Virus record (IMG/VR): IMGVR_UViG_3300020196_000021
Coordinates: 10,962 to 74,961 of that record
DNA from: a virus
DNA length: 64,000 nucleotides
Reading direction: 5' to 3' (one strand)
Shown: positions 20,601-30,900 of the stretch, one piece after another
How positions within the stretch are numbered: position 1 is the stretch's first letter
Layout of the letters: the number at the start of each line of letters is the position of its first letter
The notes under the pieces: model-generated
The model's input: the letters and a program-made list of their open reading frames with translations, nothing else
What the model was told of the DNA's origin: nothing
Database searches by the model: none
Made by a program: the position numbers and the translations under genes

Positions 20601-23600
20601 AGGATTAATTGCAAAATCACCAGTAAATCCAACTCCACCATCGGTGATACCAATTGTTCTAACTACACCATTAGCGATTATGCAAGTTGCTGTAGCATCA
20701 ACTCCACCACCACCTTCAAATGTAACTATTGGAGTAAAACCAAGTCCAGAACCACCATCAAGTATTCTAATAGAAGTTACAACACCATTAGAAACAATTG
20801 CTATCGCCTTAATGCTATTAATTGGTTGTGGAATTGCTTGATTGTCTTTAAAAATAATAGTTGGAGCGGTTGTATAACCAGTACCACCATTAGTTACAGT
20901 TACAGATCTTACTGTTCCATCGCTGATGAAAATAGTTCCTTTAAGACCTTCAGATCCAGTATTCCCACCAAGTAGTAAAGTATCAGTATAAGTTCCTACT
21001 GTGTAACCTGTACCACCATTTAATATTTGAATCTGTTTAATATATGAACTTGTTGTATTGTTGGAACCAATTACAATTGGGGAACCATCAGAAATACGAA
21101 GAGATGATACTGTAGGAGCAAATCTAGAATCTCCTCTAAGATAAGTTAATGAGTTAGAAGGATAATTTGCACTAATTGTTGCTAACCTTGCTGGGTTAAT
21201 AACACCACTTGTAATAAATGAGGCATCAATCGTTGATGATGTTAACTGAACCCAGTTGTTGGCATTAGAACCTGATGTATTAATTGCATCAGTCAATGAT
21301 ATTGTAATAGGAGTTGCAGAAAAATCATTAATAGTATCTACAACTGCTGTTTTAATATTATTGAGAATATTAATTCCCAATCTTGATCTAACAACACTGG
21401 TTAATACTGCTCCATTACCAGTAGCACTACTAATTGTTATTGTTCCTGCAGCAGTTGATGGTGCAGTATAATATTTACTACCTCTTGTAATTAAAGTTAC
21501 TCCAGTAATTTGACCAGAAGTTACAGTAAGAGTAGCTGTTGCAGCGACTCCGCCAGGAGGAGCACTAAATGTAACAGTATCATTTGAAGTGTATCCAGAA
21601 CCACCATTATTAATAATAACTTGCCTTACTTGTCCGATAGTAAATGATGTAACTTGACCTTGACCACCACCAGGAGAAGCTAAAGTTATATTTCCAGTAC
21701 TAAATGTATGAGATGGATTTGGTACAAACTGAAGTACTTGACTTTGCAAATCATTATTAAGAATATATGAAATTGTAGTATCTTGTTGAATTGCAATGTC
21801 TCCAGCAAGAGGTCCTTCTAATGCAAGACGTGCTGCTGTATCTGCAACAGTAAAAATATTAAATGGTCTTAGTGCTGGAAGTTGATCAATATTAATACGA
21901 CCAGATCCATCTAACTGAACAAGAGCATTTGGTGTTGGAACAGTTGAGTATGTTCTACCAATATAGATGCCCAACTGGTTTGAGATGTAATCCTTAACTG
22001 CTTTTTGAGTTGGAAGTAATTCATCTTTTGATCCTGGTCCACCAAGCTCAATAGCACCCAATGTATTATCTGCAGAAAATCCAGTAATAACTACATTATT
22101 CCCTTTAATCTTTAAGAATTCAACTTCAGAAATTGTAACTGTACCACCGAAGGTAATATTACCAGTTCTGTTTTCTACCTTAGCAAAATATCCAATCTTA
22201 AAGTCACCTAGTTCATCAGTACCTGAGGCATACACGCGACCATTGTTCTGTGATACTTGTTCAAAATCTCCAGTGTTATCAGAACCTCTCTTACCCCCAT
22301 TTTGTGGAAGAGCATTATAATTATTACCAGATCCAGAAAATTCCCAAGTATGAGAAGAAGAGTTACAAATTGAAGGTCTTAGTAAGTCAATTGGATGATT
22401 TATTAATTTAGCTTTGCTGGTTGATGAGATAGTAAACCAACCAGGGTTCCTAGTCGTCGTTACTCCACCTCCAGTAGGAATTGGACTTGATATTGAAGGA
22501 TTATCTAAAATTGCTTTAAGTAATGTATTTAATGTTTCAATAGCATTTTGCACATTAGTACAATCTGCAGTACTATACGGACCAGATGAAGAAGTTACAT
22601 CGTGAATAACTGTGTTATCTACATATGGAATTTCATCTGTCCAAGATGCTACATGATATCCATTAGTTGTTTGTTGTGAGGTTGGAATTGTGCCTTTTCT
22701 CAATAATAAGTTATTGATTGCTTTTTTTGCAAGTGTTCTTGCCTGATCAAGAACTTCCTTAGTTGCTGCTACATATCCAGAAATATGTTGAATTGCATTA
22801 CTACTAATATAAAGTTTACCAGCATCCCAAGTTGCATCATTAGCATCATTCTTAATATCCTTTGCCCATGCCTTTACAATTTCTTCTACATCACGAATGC
22901 ACTTATTTCTATTTTGATCATAAGCGTTTGTAGAAGTTACTGCTGCTAAGAAATATGCTTCTTCTGCAATATAACGAGCATTCTTTTCAAGGAGAACTGC
23001 AGCATCGGTAAATCTGTTGTAGTTGCCACGTACAACCATTGATGAGTTTGCTTGTACAATTGCAGTAACTGGAGCAACTGGAGTTGCACTAATCGTATCA
23101 TTAATAAAGAATAATGGATTTTGACCTGACTGTATCTCTAATTCAAACCCACCTGGCTTAATAATATAGTGCTCAAGTGGAGCAGTTCCTAATTGTTCAA
23201 TTTGGAATTTAGGAGTTCCAATATCTGTAAAGGTAATATTTTTAATAATACCTTTATCAAATTCGTATGCTTCTTCTCTTATACCAGATGCTCTTAATGA
23301 AAAAGTACCAAAATTAGATGCTGAGTTTGTCAGTGATGCATATCCACCAGATTCAACAATTGCCCCATCTTGAGTGAAGATACAGAAGACAGAAACCAAC
23401 TGCGTGTAACCATCGTTAAAGACCCTGTAACCCACTCCACCGAAGGAGATGATGGTGAATGCTGCAGCAACCATTGACTTGCCTTGTGGGGGCAAATTGG
23501 GTCTTCTGACGTTAGGTGTAGCAACTTTACTACCATCAATCTCTGCTCCACTGCCACCAAGGAATGAGATTACAGAAGAATTGAAAATATATGGAGATAC

Positions 23601-26600
23601 TTCAATGATTGGAAGATCATCCCAAGAATGACCAACATTAAAGAATTTATTATTGCTATCTAAGTAATGTGATGTTGCGTATGAAGTTGCTGGAAGTGTT
23701 CTGTTATTGATTCTATCAATAACAATATTCCATAAAGTATAGATTGAGTTTGCTACATCATCACAAGCAAAGAATCTATTTGCATCATAAGTATTTGAGA
23801 TTGTCTCGTCTTGATATGCAGTTATGTTTATTGACGCATCAAATTCATTACCAACTCCAGTTAATACAATCTCACTACTACTAGTTCCAAGAACTACCCC
23901 TACATTATAATTAAATCCAATTGTAAGTGGATCAGTTCCTACACTTTGAAGTGCAATTTGCCAAGTGATTCCTCGATCTTCAGAAACTAATATTTTACCT
24001 ACATTGCTAATTGTTGTTGCAGCCCAAAAACGATTGCCATCATGTACAATATTCCTTAATGGTCCATTAATAATTCCTGTTGGATTGGTTCTAGTTGCAT
24101 GATTTAAATTATCATTTGTAACTGCAGTAGTTACAATTGCAGTTAATGTATCGATTGATGTAGCAACATTTGCACATGCAGTTGCTGGATTTGAACCATC
24201 AAGTGAAATATCTGGTTTGAAGAATTGAGTTTGACCTAAGAAATTAGATCTTAATCCAGAAGTATATGAACTATTTGTCAAATAACTAGCAGTAATAGCA
24301 ATATTACGCATAGCATTTTTAGCAAGATTTCTTGCTTCATTGATAATGGCAACTGTTTGTGCCTCTTCTCCATCTACATGAGTAGTTCCAACATAGTAAG
24401 AAGCAGCATCATATACTTTACTATTACCACCATGACGTAAGTTATATGCTATTGCTTCTAAAACATCTACAACATCATCAATACAGTTTTGATTTCCTGT
24501 TGGGATTGTAAATGAATTTTCTGTTACATAATTAAATACTGCTTGTGCGGCAATTAATTTTTTATTCTTTAAAATTAAATCAGCAGCATCTTGATATCTA
24601 TCTGATTCTACGTTTGTTGTTGCTGAATTTGTTTCCCAAGTCAATCCACCATCATCACTTAATAATAAGGTTCCACTAGACAAGCCACCAACAACAGTTC
24701 TACCTTCAGTCCAACTAATTGAAATTAATCTATCTGAAGTGCCACTTTCTTGTGAAGTCCATGTTATACCATCTGTAGATACAATAATCTTGCCTTCATC
24801 GCCAATAGCAATAAATCTATCATAATCATCATTATAAATGATATCACTTAAAGAAGAACTAGTTCCACTTGTTCTGGTAATCCAACTAGTAGCATTTTGT
24901 GATGTTAAAACTAATCCACCATCACCAACTATAACATAGGTAGTTCCATTGTATGCAATTGCCTTTAATTGAGTGCTTCCAACAGTTTTGGTAACCCATG
25001 ATGTGCCATTATTTGAAATTAGTATTTTACCAGCAGCACCAACTGCAATGTATTCTGGTACTCCTCTTTCTCCTACTGCCCACTTGTTCCATACAATATC
25101 ATTTAATGGTTCTGTAGTACCAGAAGTTTGTGCATCCCACTGTAAACCGTTTGAAGATGTATGAATTGCACCGTTTGATCCAACTGCTACAAATTTTTGA
25201 TTGTCCCAAATAATCTTGCTATATGTTCCAGTATAACCAGATGGACGAGTTATTGCAGCAGTTGAACTATAATCAACGTACTGTAATTGATTACGCATTG
25301 CCTGAATAGACAGGTCTCTTGCTTGCTCAAATGCGTAAGTAGTTTCTTTAAGTTGATTCTCAATATGATCTAATGTACCACCAGTATAGTAATATTCTGC
25401 TGCTTCTTTAGTTGCAGCATTGCCACCCCAAGTTAAGTCATAATTGATTGCACTGATAATGTGCTTAACATCAGTTTGGCATTGAGTTTCATCAGGAACA
25501 ACTAATGCTGGATATTCTACCTTTGCTCTTCTTAATGCTTCTGCCGCAATACCATTCTTATTTCTATCAATAAGATCTGTAGCATCTAAGTACCTGTTTG
25601 ATGCTTTTATTGATTCTTCAAATTTACGTGGTGAGTTATCAAGAGAGAATACTACATAATGATCCGATGAAGTGACTGTAACTGCAAATGATGTGACATT
25701 ATAAACTCCACTAGGAGCGCCCAATGCTGATAAGTTTGTTGGAGTATCTTTGAATACTACAAACTGTTTACTAAAACCATCTTCTGTTTCAATTCTGTGT
25801 GAAATATATTGACGACCATTGAAACGATTAAGATCTGCAAATGCTCCTGTATTTGGGAAATTGGCAAAGTCAACATATTGCCCAACTTCATAATCATGAT
25901 AAACAGGAAGAGTAACAATTAAACCATCTGGATAGTTAATTGGATCATAGGTTACCGAAGTTACACCATATGAAGCATGAGTAGTTACATGCTTAACTAC
26001 TTGAGCATCAGGAGTTAACTGTTCACCATTACTTACTGAAAGATTATATGTTACTACTGGAGTGTTTGCTTGGTAAGTATATACTCCTCCAGTGGATTCA
26101 ATAAGACCTGTAATATTATTAACTACTACATAACCACTTTGATCTGTATTTAAATTAAATACAACTTCTTTTACTGTTCCAGTACCACCTAATGGAGAAT
26201 TTAAAACTTTTCCAACAGTTAAAAGTGAACCACCACCATTAGAAGTAAAGGTTAATTTCCATTCTTGTTCTGCTGATATTTTATGACCAAGTTGAAAAGT
26301 TCTTCCATATTGACCACCTAATGTTTTTGGATAATAGAATCTTTGTTTATCATCAAATACATAGGCATATCCCCAAGTTTTAATAGCAGTATTATTGTTA
26401 TCAACTTGATCGCGGAATGTAATACCCGTCACATAATTTTCATTGGAAGCTTTAAACATATGCTTCCCTGGATTTTGTGGTCTAATAATACACAGACGAA
26501 TATTATCACCAACAACTGAACAGAGATCAGGCAGAGAAATTGGATTATCTTCTAAATAATCTCCACCTGCAACAATAATAGTTTCTTTATCTCCAGTTGA

Positions 26601-27140
26601 TGCTGCTAACTGAGTTGCTCTTTTAATAGATCTGACTGGTTTAGTTGCAGAGCGACCGTCAAATGTATCGTTACCAATTTGAGCAGAAACATAGATACGA
26701 CCACCAACGTCATTGGTTGCAATGTTATAAACAAAGTTTGTGGTAGCAATTTTATTGCTATCATCATTAAATGCTGGAGTTGCAGAACGAGGGAAGAGAA
26801 TTTGACCAGTATTTGGATCAGTAAATGTATTAAGAACAGGAGCTTTTAAATTTAAACTTGGATTGACAATAGTATCAATATCAAGGTTTGCAATACGTGC
26901 AGTATCAGAAATAATAGATGTGGTTGTTCTAATTTGACCTTCTACATCTAATTCGTATTCTGGATCTAATGTATTAATGCCAACACGAACAAGTTTGTCT
27001 GCATTGTTTGATAATTTACCGAAAATGGCAACTTTTTCGTCAGCGCCCTGTCCAAGATCAACTCTTACACTAGTATCATTTTTAATTGAAAGGGTATTTG
27101 ACTTGATGATCTGCTTGTCAGCATTAAATTCTAAAGCCAT
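17613..27140 (-). CDS. Giant mosaic tail-fibre / virion protein (3175 aa)
   Basis: Beta-helix-like N-terminal region (IYVS..GND...SVVGDNIR); three Cys-containing helical repeats; BNR-type propeller; GxGYTxAP repeats; GSGLDADxL motifs; C-terminal KSFRIPHP...LEGPE...LPDYW domain. Confidence 0.85.
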   Translation of the reverse strand: MALEFNADKQIIKSNTLSIKNDTSVRVDLGQGADEKVAIFGKLSNNADKLVRVGINTLDPEYELDVEGQIRTTTSIISDTARIANLDIDTIVNPSLNLKAPVLNTFTDPNTGQILFPRSATPAFNDDSNKIATTNFVYNIATNDVGGRIYVSAQIGNDTFDGRSATKPVRSIKRATQLAASTGDKETIIVAGGDYLEDNPISLPDLCSVVGDNIRLCIIRPQNPGKHMFKASNENYVTGITFRDQVDNNNTAIKTWGYAYVFDDKQRFYYPKTLGGQYGRTFQLGHKISAEQEWKLTFTSNGGGSLLTVGKVLNSPLGGTGTVKEVVFNLNTDQSGYVVVNNITGLIESTGGVYTYQANTPVVTYNLSVSNGEQLTPDAQVVKHVTTHASYGVTSVTYDPINYPDGLIVTLPVYHDYEVGQYVDFANFPNTGAFADLNRFNGRQYISHRIETEDGFSKQFVVFKDTPTNLSALGAPSGVYNVTSFAVTVTSSDHYVVFSLDNSPRKFEESIKASNRYLDATDLIDRNKNGIAAEALRRAKVEYPALVVPDETQCQTDVKHIISAINYDLTWGGNAATKEAAEYYYTGGTLDHIENQLKETTYAFEQARDLSIQAMRNQLQYVDYSSTAAITRPSGYTGTYSKIIWDNQKFVAVGSNGAIHTSSNGLQWDAQTSGTTEPLNDIVWNKWAVGERGVPEYIAVGAAGKILISNNGTSWVTKTVGSTQLKAIAYNGTTYVIVGDGGLVLTSQNATSWITRTSGTSSSLSDIIYNDDYDRFIAIGDEGKIIVSTDGITWTSQESGTSDRLISISWTEGRTVVGGLSSGTLLLSDDGGLTWETNSATTNVESDRYQDAADLILKNKKLIAAQAVFNYVTENSFTIPTGNQNCIDDVVDVLEAIAYNLRHGGNSKVYDAASYYVGTTHVDGEEAQTVAIINEARNLAKNAMRNIAITASYLTNSSYTSGLRSNFLGQTQFFKPDISLDGSNPATACANVATSIDTLTAIVTTAVTNDNLNHATRTNPTGIINGPLRNIVHDGNRFWAATTISNVGKILVSEDRGITWQIALQSVGTDPLTIGFNYNVGVVLGTSSSEIVLTGVGNEFDASINITAYQDETISNTYDANRFFACDDVANSIYTLWNIVIDRINNRTLPATSYATSHYLDSNNKFFNVGHSWDDLPIIEVSPYIFNSSVISFLGGSGAEIDGSKVATPNVRRPNLPPQGKSMVAAAFTIISFGGVGYRVFNDGYTQLVSVFCIFTQDGAIVESGGYASLTNSASNFGTFSLRASGIREEAYEFDKGIIKNITFTDIGTPKFQIEQLGTAPLEHYIIKPGGFELEIQSGQNPLFFINDTISATPVAPVTAIVQANSSMVVRGNYNRFTDAAVLLEKNARYIAEEAYFLAAVTSTNAYDQNRNKCIRDVEEIVKAWAKDIKNDANDATWDAGKLYISSNAIQHISGYVAATKEVLDQARTLAKKAINNLLLRKGTIPTSQQTTNGYHVASWTDEIPYVDNTVIHDVTSSSGPYSTADCTNVQNAIETLNTLLKAILDNPSISSPIPTGGGVTTTRNPGWFTISSTSKAKLINHPIDLLRPSICNSSSHTWEFSGSGNNYNALPQNGGKRGSDNTGDFEQVSQNNGRVYASGTDELGDFKIGYFAKVENRTGNITFGGTVTISEVEFLKIKGNNVVITGFSADNTLGAIELGGPGSKDELLPTQKAVKDYISNQLGIYIGRTYSTVPTPNALVQLDGSGRINIDQLPALRPFNIFTVADTAARLALEGPLAGDIAIQQDTTISYILNNDLQSQVLQFVPNPSHTFSTGNITLASPGGGQGQVTSFTIGQVRQVIINNGGSGYTSNDTVTFSAPPGGVAATATLTVTSGQITGVTLITRGSKYYTAPSTAAGTITISSATGNGAVLTSVVRSRLGINILNNIKTAVVDTINDFSATPITISLTDAINTSGSNANNWVQLTSSTIDASFITSGVINPARLATISANYPSNSLTYLRGDSRFAPTVSSLRISDGSPIVIGSNNTTSSYIKQIQILNGGTGYTVGTYTDTLLLGGNTGSEGLKGTIFISDGTVRSVTVTNGGTGYTTAPTIIFKDNQAIPQPINSIKAIAIVSNGVVTSIRILDGGSGLGFTPIVTFEGGGGVDATATCIIANGVVRTIGITDGGVGFTGDFAINPIPSIIGTPNGSSAASLRAILATTPKIFNDGVIDINRVDGITVAAEPFGNLGVVRFLKSQFDFSANGGATLKTGQGSGLDADTLDTRDSSFFTNAANISSGVLPKDRLSGTYNISIEQNAATSTILKSVDTRTSIFAPSNFGEGVIFNWKSNTQGYDTNQFLADGGLYHGVMTFRRSGSSTDFSSGALAQIGQTDNTNIWVRSNGPNHVSSLTITSGGAGYKNGTYTNVLLGGGEGSGLTADIIVSGGTITTVTLKDGGWGYNRTGTATGTFQAFLPFEQFGTQNTRQITTPAVITATLAFLGSGSAPGNTWSSWRKLWHDGNDGIGSGLDADLLQYKNKRWYLNALNINENTISNTKLPLQLDEHSINKELRIVVPSPAFQTNNGGHYDVYIEGYNLTQELINSLDTQAGTAGIQLNLYTANNVNEGTVRVLARKINLDPANYLTGEQYVEKNTEWVSGLTNLNRNDRILYGHNIYRVANANTGSYTGGTVPPTHISGQVTATGGTAIFEYERKVENPWTILTVELISGNLNTTIKKIGTATAPAEYYPVTDFGITSVETYARRKARLGSDGGGNAFLELGNIVESTSAYIDFNTSGNNVDFDVRLIASGGSSTLGTGTLNCTATALQVNGNNVWHAGNITFSSGFTGAIYDTNANSKAVQRDSSGNFAANNITANLTGTASGNLALSGGTLTGPLRIKSDLGISESTGIGNRLNITSSPGGAVFAQNDNSPIYFNTDSSATQGYFRNNSIGGGLFVTTTQPNGAPLTINRGHDGSRIQMIYAGNTTTINEIGMTYHGANGAATMWQGSNLNSTGASHTGLVQGNTSYSSWYTIWSSFSDYFTIGRGSSNSFTAATQALYINNNLQIGIGTNTNTTYKLQVNGSFAATSKSFRIPHPTKENYDLVYGSLEGPEHGVYVRGKATDVIELPDYWIALVDEDTITVQLTSIGNHNSWVEKIENNKIYIGGGQAFYFVQATRKDIEKLEVEVELVSEEQ

Positions 27141-27166
27141 TTGCTCCTATGGTCTCCTCGTTATTT

Positions 27167-27174
27167 TATTTATC
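27167..27174 (-). promoter_or_regulatory. Late promoter variant GATAAATA
   Basis: Intergenic, upstream of the GGAG RBS of the 3175-aa gene. Confidence 0.6.
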
Positions 27175-27177
27175 TTA

Positions 27178-27948
27178 TTAATAATTACGTTCTGTATATA
27201 ATATCTCTACCTTACCACTCCATCTAATCCCACTACCTCTCAACTCTAAATTACTATTTGTTGCTACTGATGGTGTAAATGTAAGTGTTTTTGTAGTATT
27301 ATTTGCTACTGGTACAACTGACCAAGTTTGACCTGGAGGGATATTATCTTTAACAATAGTATTTAAATTTGAAGATATTGTTAAATTATTAGAAGAATCA
27401 CTTAAAATAGAAGATTCTATTTTAATAGCATATTCCCAATTTAATGAGTATGATGATACTTCTAATTCCTGCTGTAAAACTGGATTGTTTATATTGAGTG
27501 GAGTTGCAGTAGTAAATGTAAATGTATTTTTATTAGTTACAATTACATTATAATTATTATTAAATGAAGTATATGGTGCTTTAAAAATAACAGAAATTAA
27601 ATTACCTGTTGATAATCCATGATTTGCTAAAGTACAAGTTACTGTTGTACTATTTGCATTTGCATTATATACTGCTATTGGATAACCTTTCCATGTTCCT
27701 AAAAGGTAACCAGTTAAAAATATAATTCGATTTGATTCAACTTCATGAGTTGGAATCATTTCTAATGATGTAGTTGCATTATTAAGTAATCCATGAACTA
27801 CGTATTCTTTTTTAAAAGTTTTACTATTTGAATTATCTAAAATTTTTACAGTATGAGCATCAATAATATTTCTATTTTCATCAATAATGGTTGCTTCTTT
27901 TACAGAAAATCCACCTTCTGATTGTAACGATTTTAAGATTTTTGCCAT
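27178..27948 (-). CDS. Hypothetical virion structural protein
   Basis: 256 aa with a HGLSTGNLISV..NNNYNV..NTFTF beta module common in cyanophage structural proteins. Confidence 0.7.
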   Translation of the reverse strand: MAKILKSLQSEGGFSVKEATIIDENRNIIDAHTVKILDNSNSKTFKKEYVVHGLLNNATTSLEMIPTHEVESNRIIFLTGYLLGTWKGYPIAVYNANANSTTVTCTLANHGLSTGNLISVIFKAPYTSFNNNYNVIVTNKNTFTFTTATPLNINNPVLQQELEVSSYSLNWEYAIKIESSILSDSSNNLTISSNLNTIVKDNIPPGQTWSVVPVANNTTKTLTFTPSVATNSNLELRGSGIRWSGKVEILYTERNY

Positions 27949-27952
27949 GGAG

Positions 27953-30900
27953 TTATGCCAGTACTGTTTGTGATACTACTTTGACGTTATAAACTATAGT
28001 TGAAGATCCTGTAAGATCTGTTACTTTTATCGCTACATTATTCGACCCATCTAATTCAGCTTCAACATCACATAAAACTACATCAGTATATATCTTATTA
28101 CTTTCAGTATAAATGATATCAGATCCATTTGATTTGACGATATATGATATTTCTGAATATTGTCTTCTAGAAATAGTAGAGTCATCGGAAATTTCAATCA
28201 TAACCTTCCCAGAATATGATTGAGTATATGGAAATAGTGGTATTGAAGTTGAATTTCCAGATGCAGTATTAATTGTAGAAACACCAGATGCAATTCTTGA
28301 ATCTTTTAAATTAAATTGTCTTAAATCTTTATCAAATAATTTAATATAACTTGATGCTACATTTTGACCATATAAATTATTTACAAGAAATTCTCCATTA
28401 ATACCAAATTTTATAAATTCTCTATATGATGAGGTTAATGTAAACGATAGTCCACCAGAAGAAACTGCTGCTATTCTTGCTGCAGATCCATCACTGGTAA
28501 ATTCGAGTATACTACTTCCAAGAATCAATTTATCAGAATTGAATACTATATTTTGACCAGGGTTTGTGAACGTTAACTGACCATAAATGTTTCTTACATA
28601 TTTTAATTCCGCTGTTCCATTTGCAAAATTATTTCCAGTAGTATTTGTTGGAGCAGTTGTGCCAAGTGTACCTGATTGCATAACCATGTACACATTGATT
28701 CCATAATAAATGAATACACTTGGTTGATTGCCTGTTGGTGCAGTTACTGTTCCACCAGAAGTCCATTCTGGAATTCCATTTATATCAGTAGCATCTATTG
28801 ATGTTATTTTTTGCAAAACAATTTTATTCTGTTCAACCTGCATAGATTGAACACCATCATTTACAAATCGTATAATATTATCATCATCTCCTGGATTTAA
28901 TTCTGCACTAATATAAGTATTTCCATCAACATCTCTTACGCCACCAAGAGAAACAAAATAATTTCCATTAAAACCTTCAAATCTAGATTCATTTGTATTA
29001 AATCTAATTGCTCCTGCTCCAGGTGCAGGAGGTCTTTCTGCGGTGCTTCCAGATGGAACAACTAATGCTTTTGATCCACTAATTTCAACTAAAGCATTTG
29101 CAGAAATTACAAGATTGCCAGGAGTGATTTTATTAATTTGGTTATTAGTTATTGATAACGAATCATTAATATTAATACCTGAAGTAGTACTTACTTTTAA
29201 TTGTTTTGAAGTTATAGATCCATCAATTGGATCAAGTTTAATTACATCTGTAGAAGTAGCAGCACCAAATTGATAGAAATATTCTTGTCCATAGAATCCT
29301 AAAGATGCAGTACCATTTGTAACTGTTCCAGTTGTATGGATAGGTGCATTTATTCCAAAAGTACCACTGGCAGTTACTTCATAAAAATTAGATTGATGCT
29401 TTACATAAGATCCAGATTGCACTTGAGCATTTGCTGTCCAATTTGTATAAACTGGTCTAAATGAGTTTGGAAGGTAAATTTTATCTCCTTCTTCATATCC
29501 AATTCCTAAATTATTGATCTCAGTTACTGTTACTACTCCAATAGTTTCAACTCTAAATTTAAAACTAGTAGTTGGAACTGTTGATGGTATTGCCGCATTA
29601 GTTATTGTATCAACATATGTCATACTTGCGGGATCTACCGTGAGTAGATCAAATACCTGATATCCAGATCCGCCGTCAACTATTGTAATTGAAGTTACTT
29701 TTCCACCAACAACTTCAATGTCTGCTTTTGCGCCAGTTCCTCCAGTGGAAGTTCCAATTGTAGCAACTTTAAAATTAAATCCAGATCCACTAGTTAATGT
29801 TGATACTGTTAAAGTTGCACCACTACCAACGTTGGTTTCTAATACTTGTATTGTACCATAATACGCAGAATTATTTGCTGAAATATAATAATATGTACCT
29901 GGAATATTAGGTGTCCAAGTTATGACTCCAGATGAAGCACCATTATTCGTAACACCTGCAACATTATAGGTCGGATCATATCCACTATATGCACCTAATT
30001 GAGATACAATATAAAATGCATTATTTACTAATCCATTTCCTGGAGCACTTACATCAAAAGTCAAATCATCAAATTTATTTACTGTTAATGTTGGATTTGT
30101 TCCTGTGGCAGAACCAGTAAAAACATAACCAGAAGGAGAAGTATCTGTTACATTATACGTGTATGTTGCAGTACTATTAAAACTAGTGGTATCTACTGAT
30201 AAAGTATCGCCTGATACATATCCTGCTCCTGGTTGGTTTATAGTTGCAGATGTTATAAGACCCCCAGAAACAGTAATATTTGCTGTTGCTCCTTGACCTA
30301 ATGAACCAATATTAGTTAAAGTTACATTATTATAATTACCGTTTGCATAATTTGATCCACCAGAAGTTATAGATAATTGATTAATTTGTGATCCACCTAA
30401 ATTGGATACATTTGCAGATAATGTATCATTTACTGTGTATCCAGATCCACCATTTGTTATTGATATATTTGTTACAGAACCAGAAGCAATAGTAACTGTT
30501 GCTTTAGCAAAATTTCCAGTTCCACCAGTCAATGGGACATTTGTGTATGTTCCATTGATATAATTTGATCCACCATTTAAATTAGAAGTAGTTAATACTG
30601 AACCACCTGGAAGAACAGAATAAATTAAAGGAATATCTACATAAGTTGCATCAGTATATCCAAAACCTTGTTCAGTAAGAATACCATCAAATGCAACAGT
30701 AACATCAAATCTTAATCCACTTCCACTTCCACCTAAAACTTCTTGATTTGTATATTTTCCTAATTGATATGCTGAACCTTTTTGTATTGTTGGATCAGCA
30801 AAAGATACAGTTACAAAATTTGTTTTTTTATAAAAATCTGTTCTATCTGCAGAAAATCTTAATATTCTTCCTTGATCTCCAACAGCACTAAATTTGCCAT

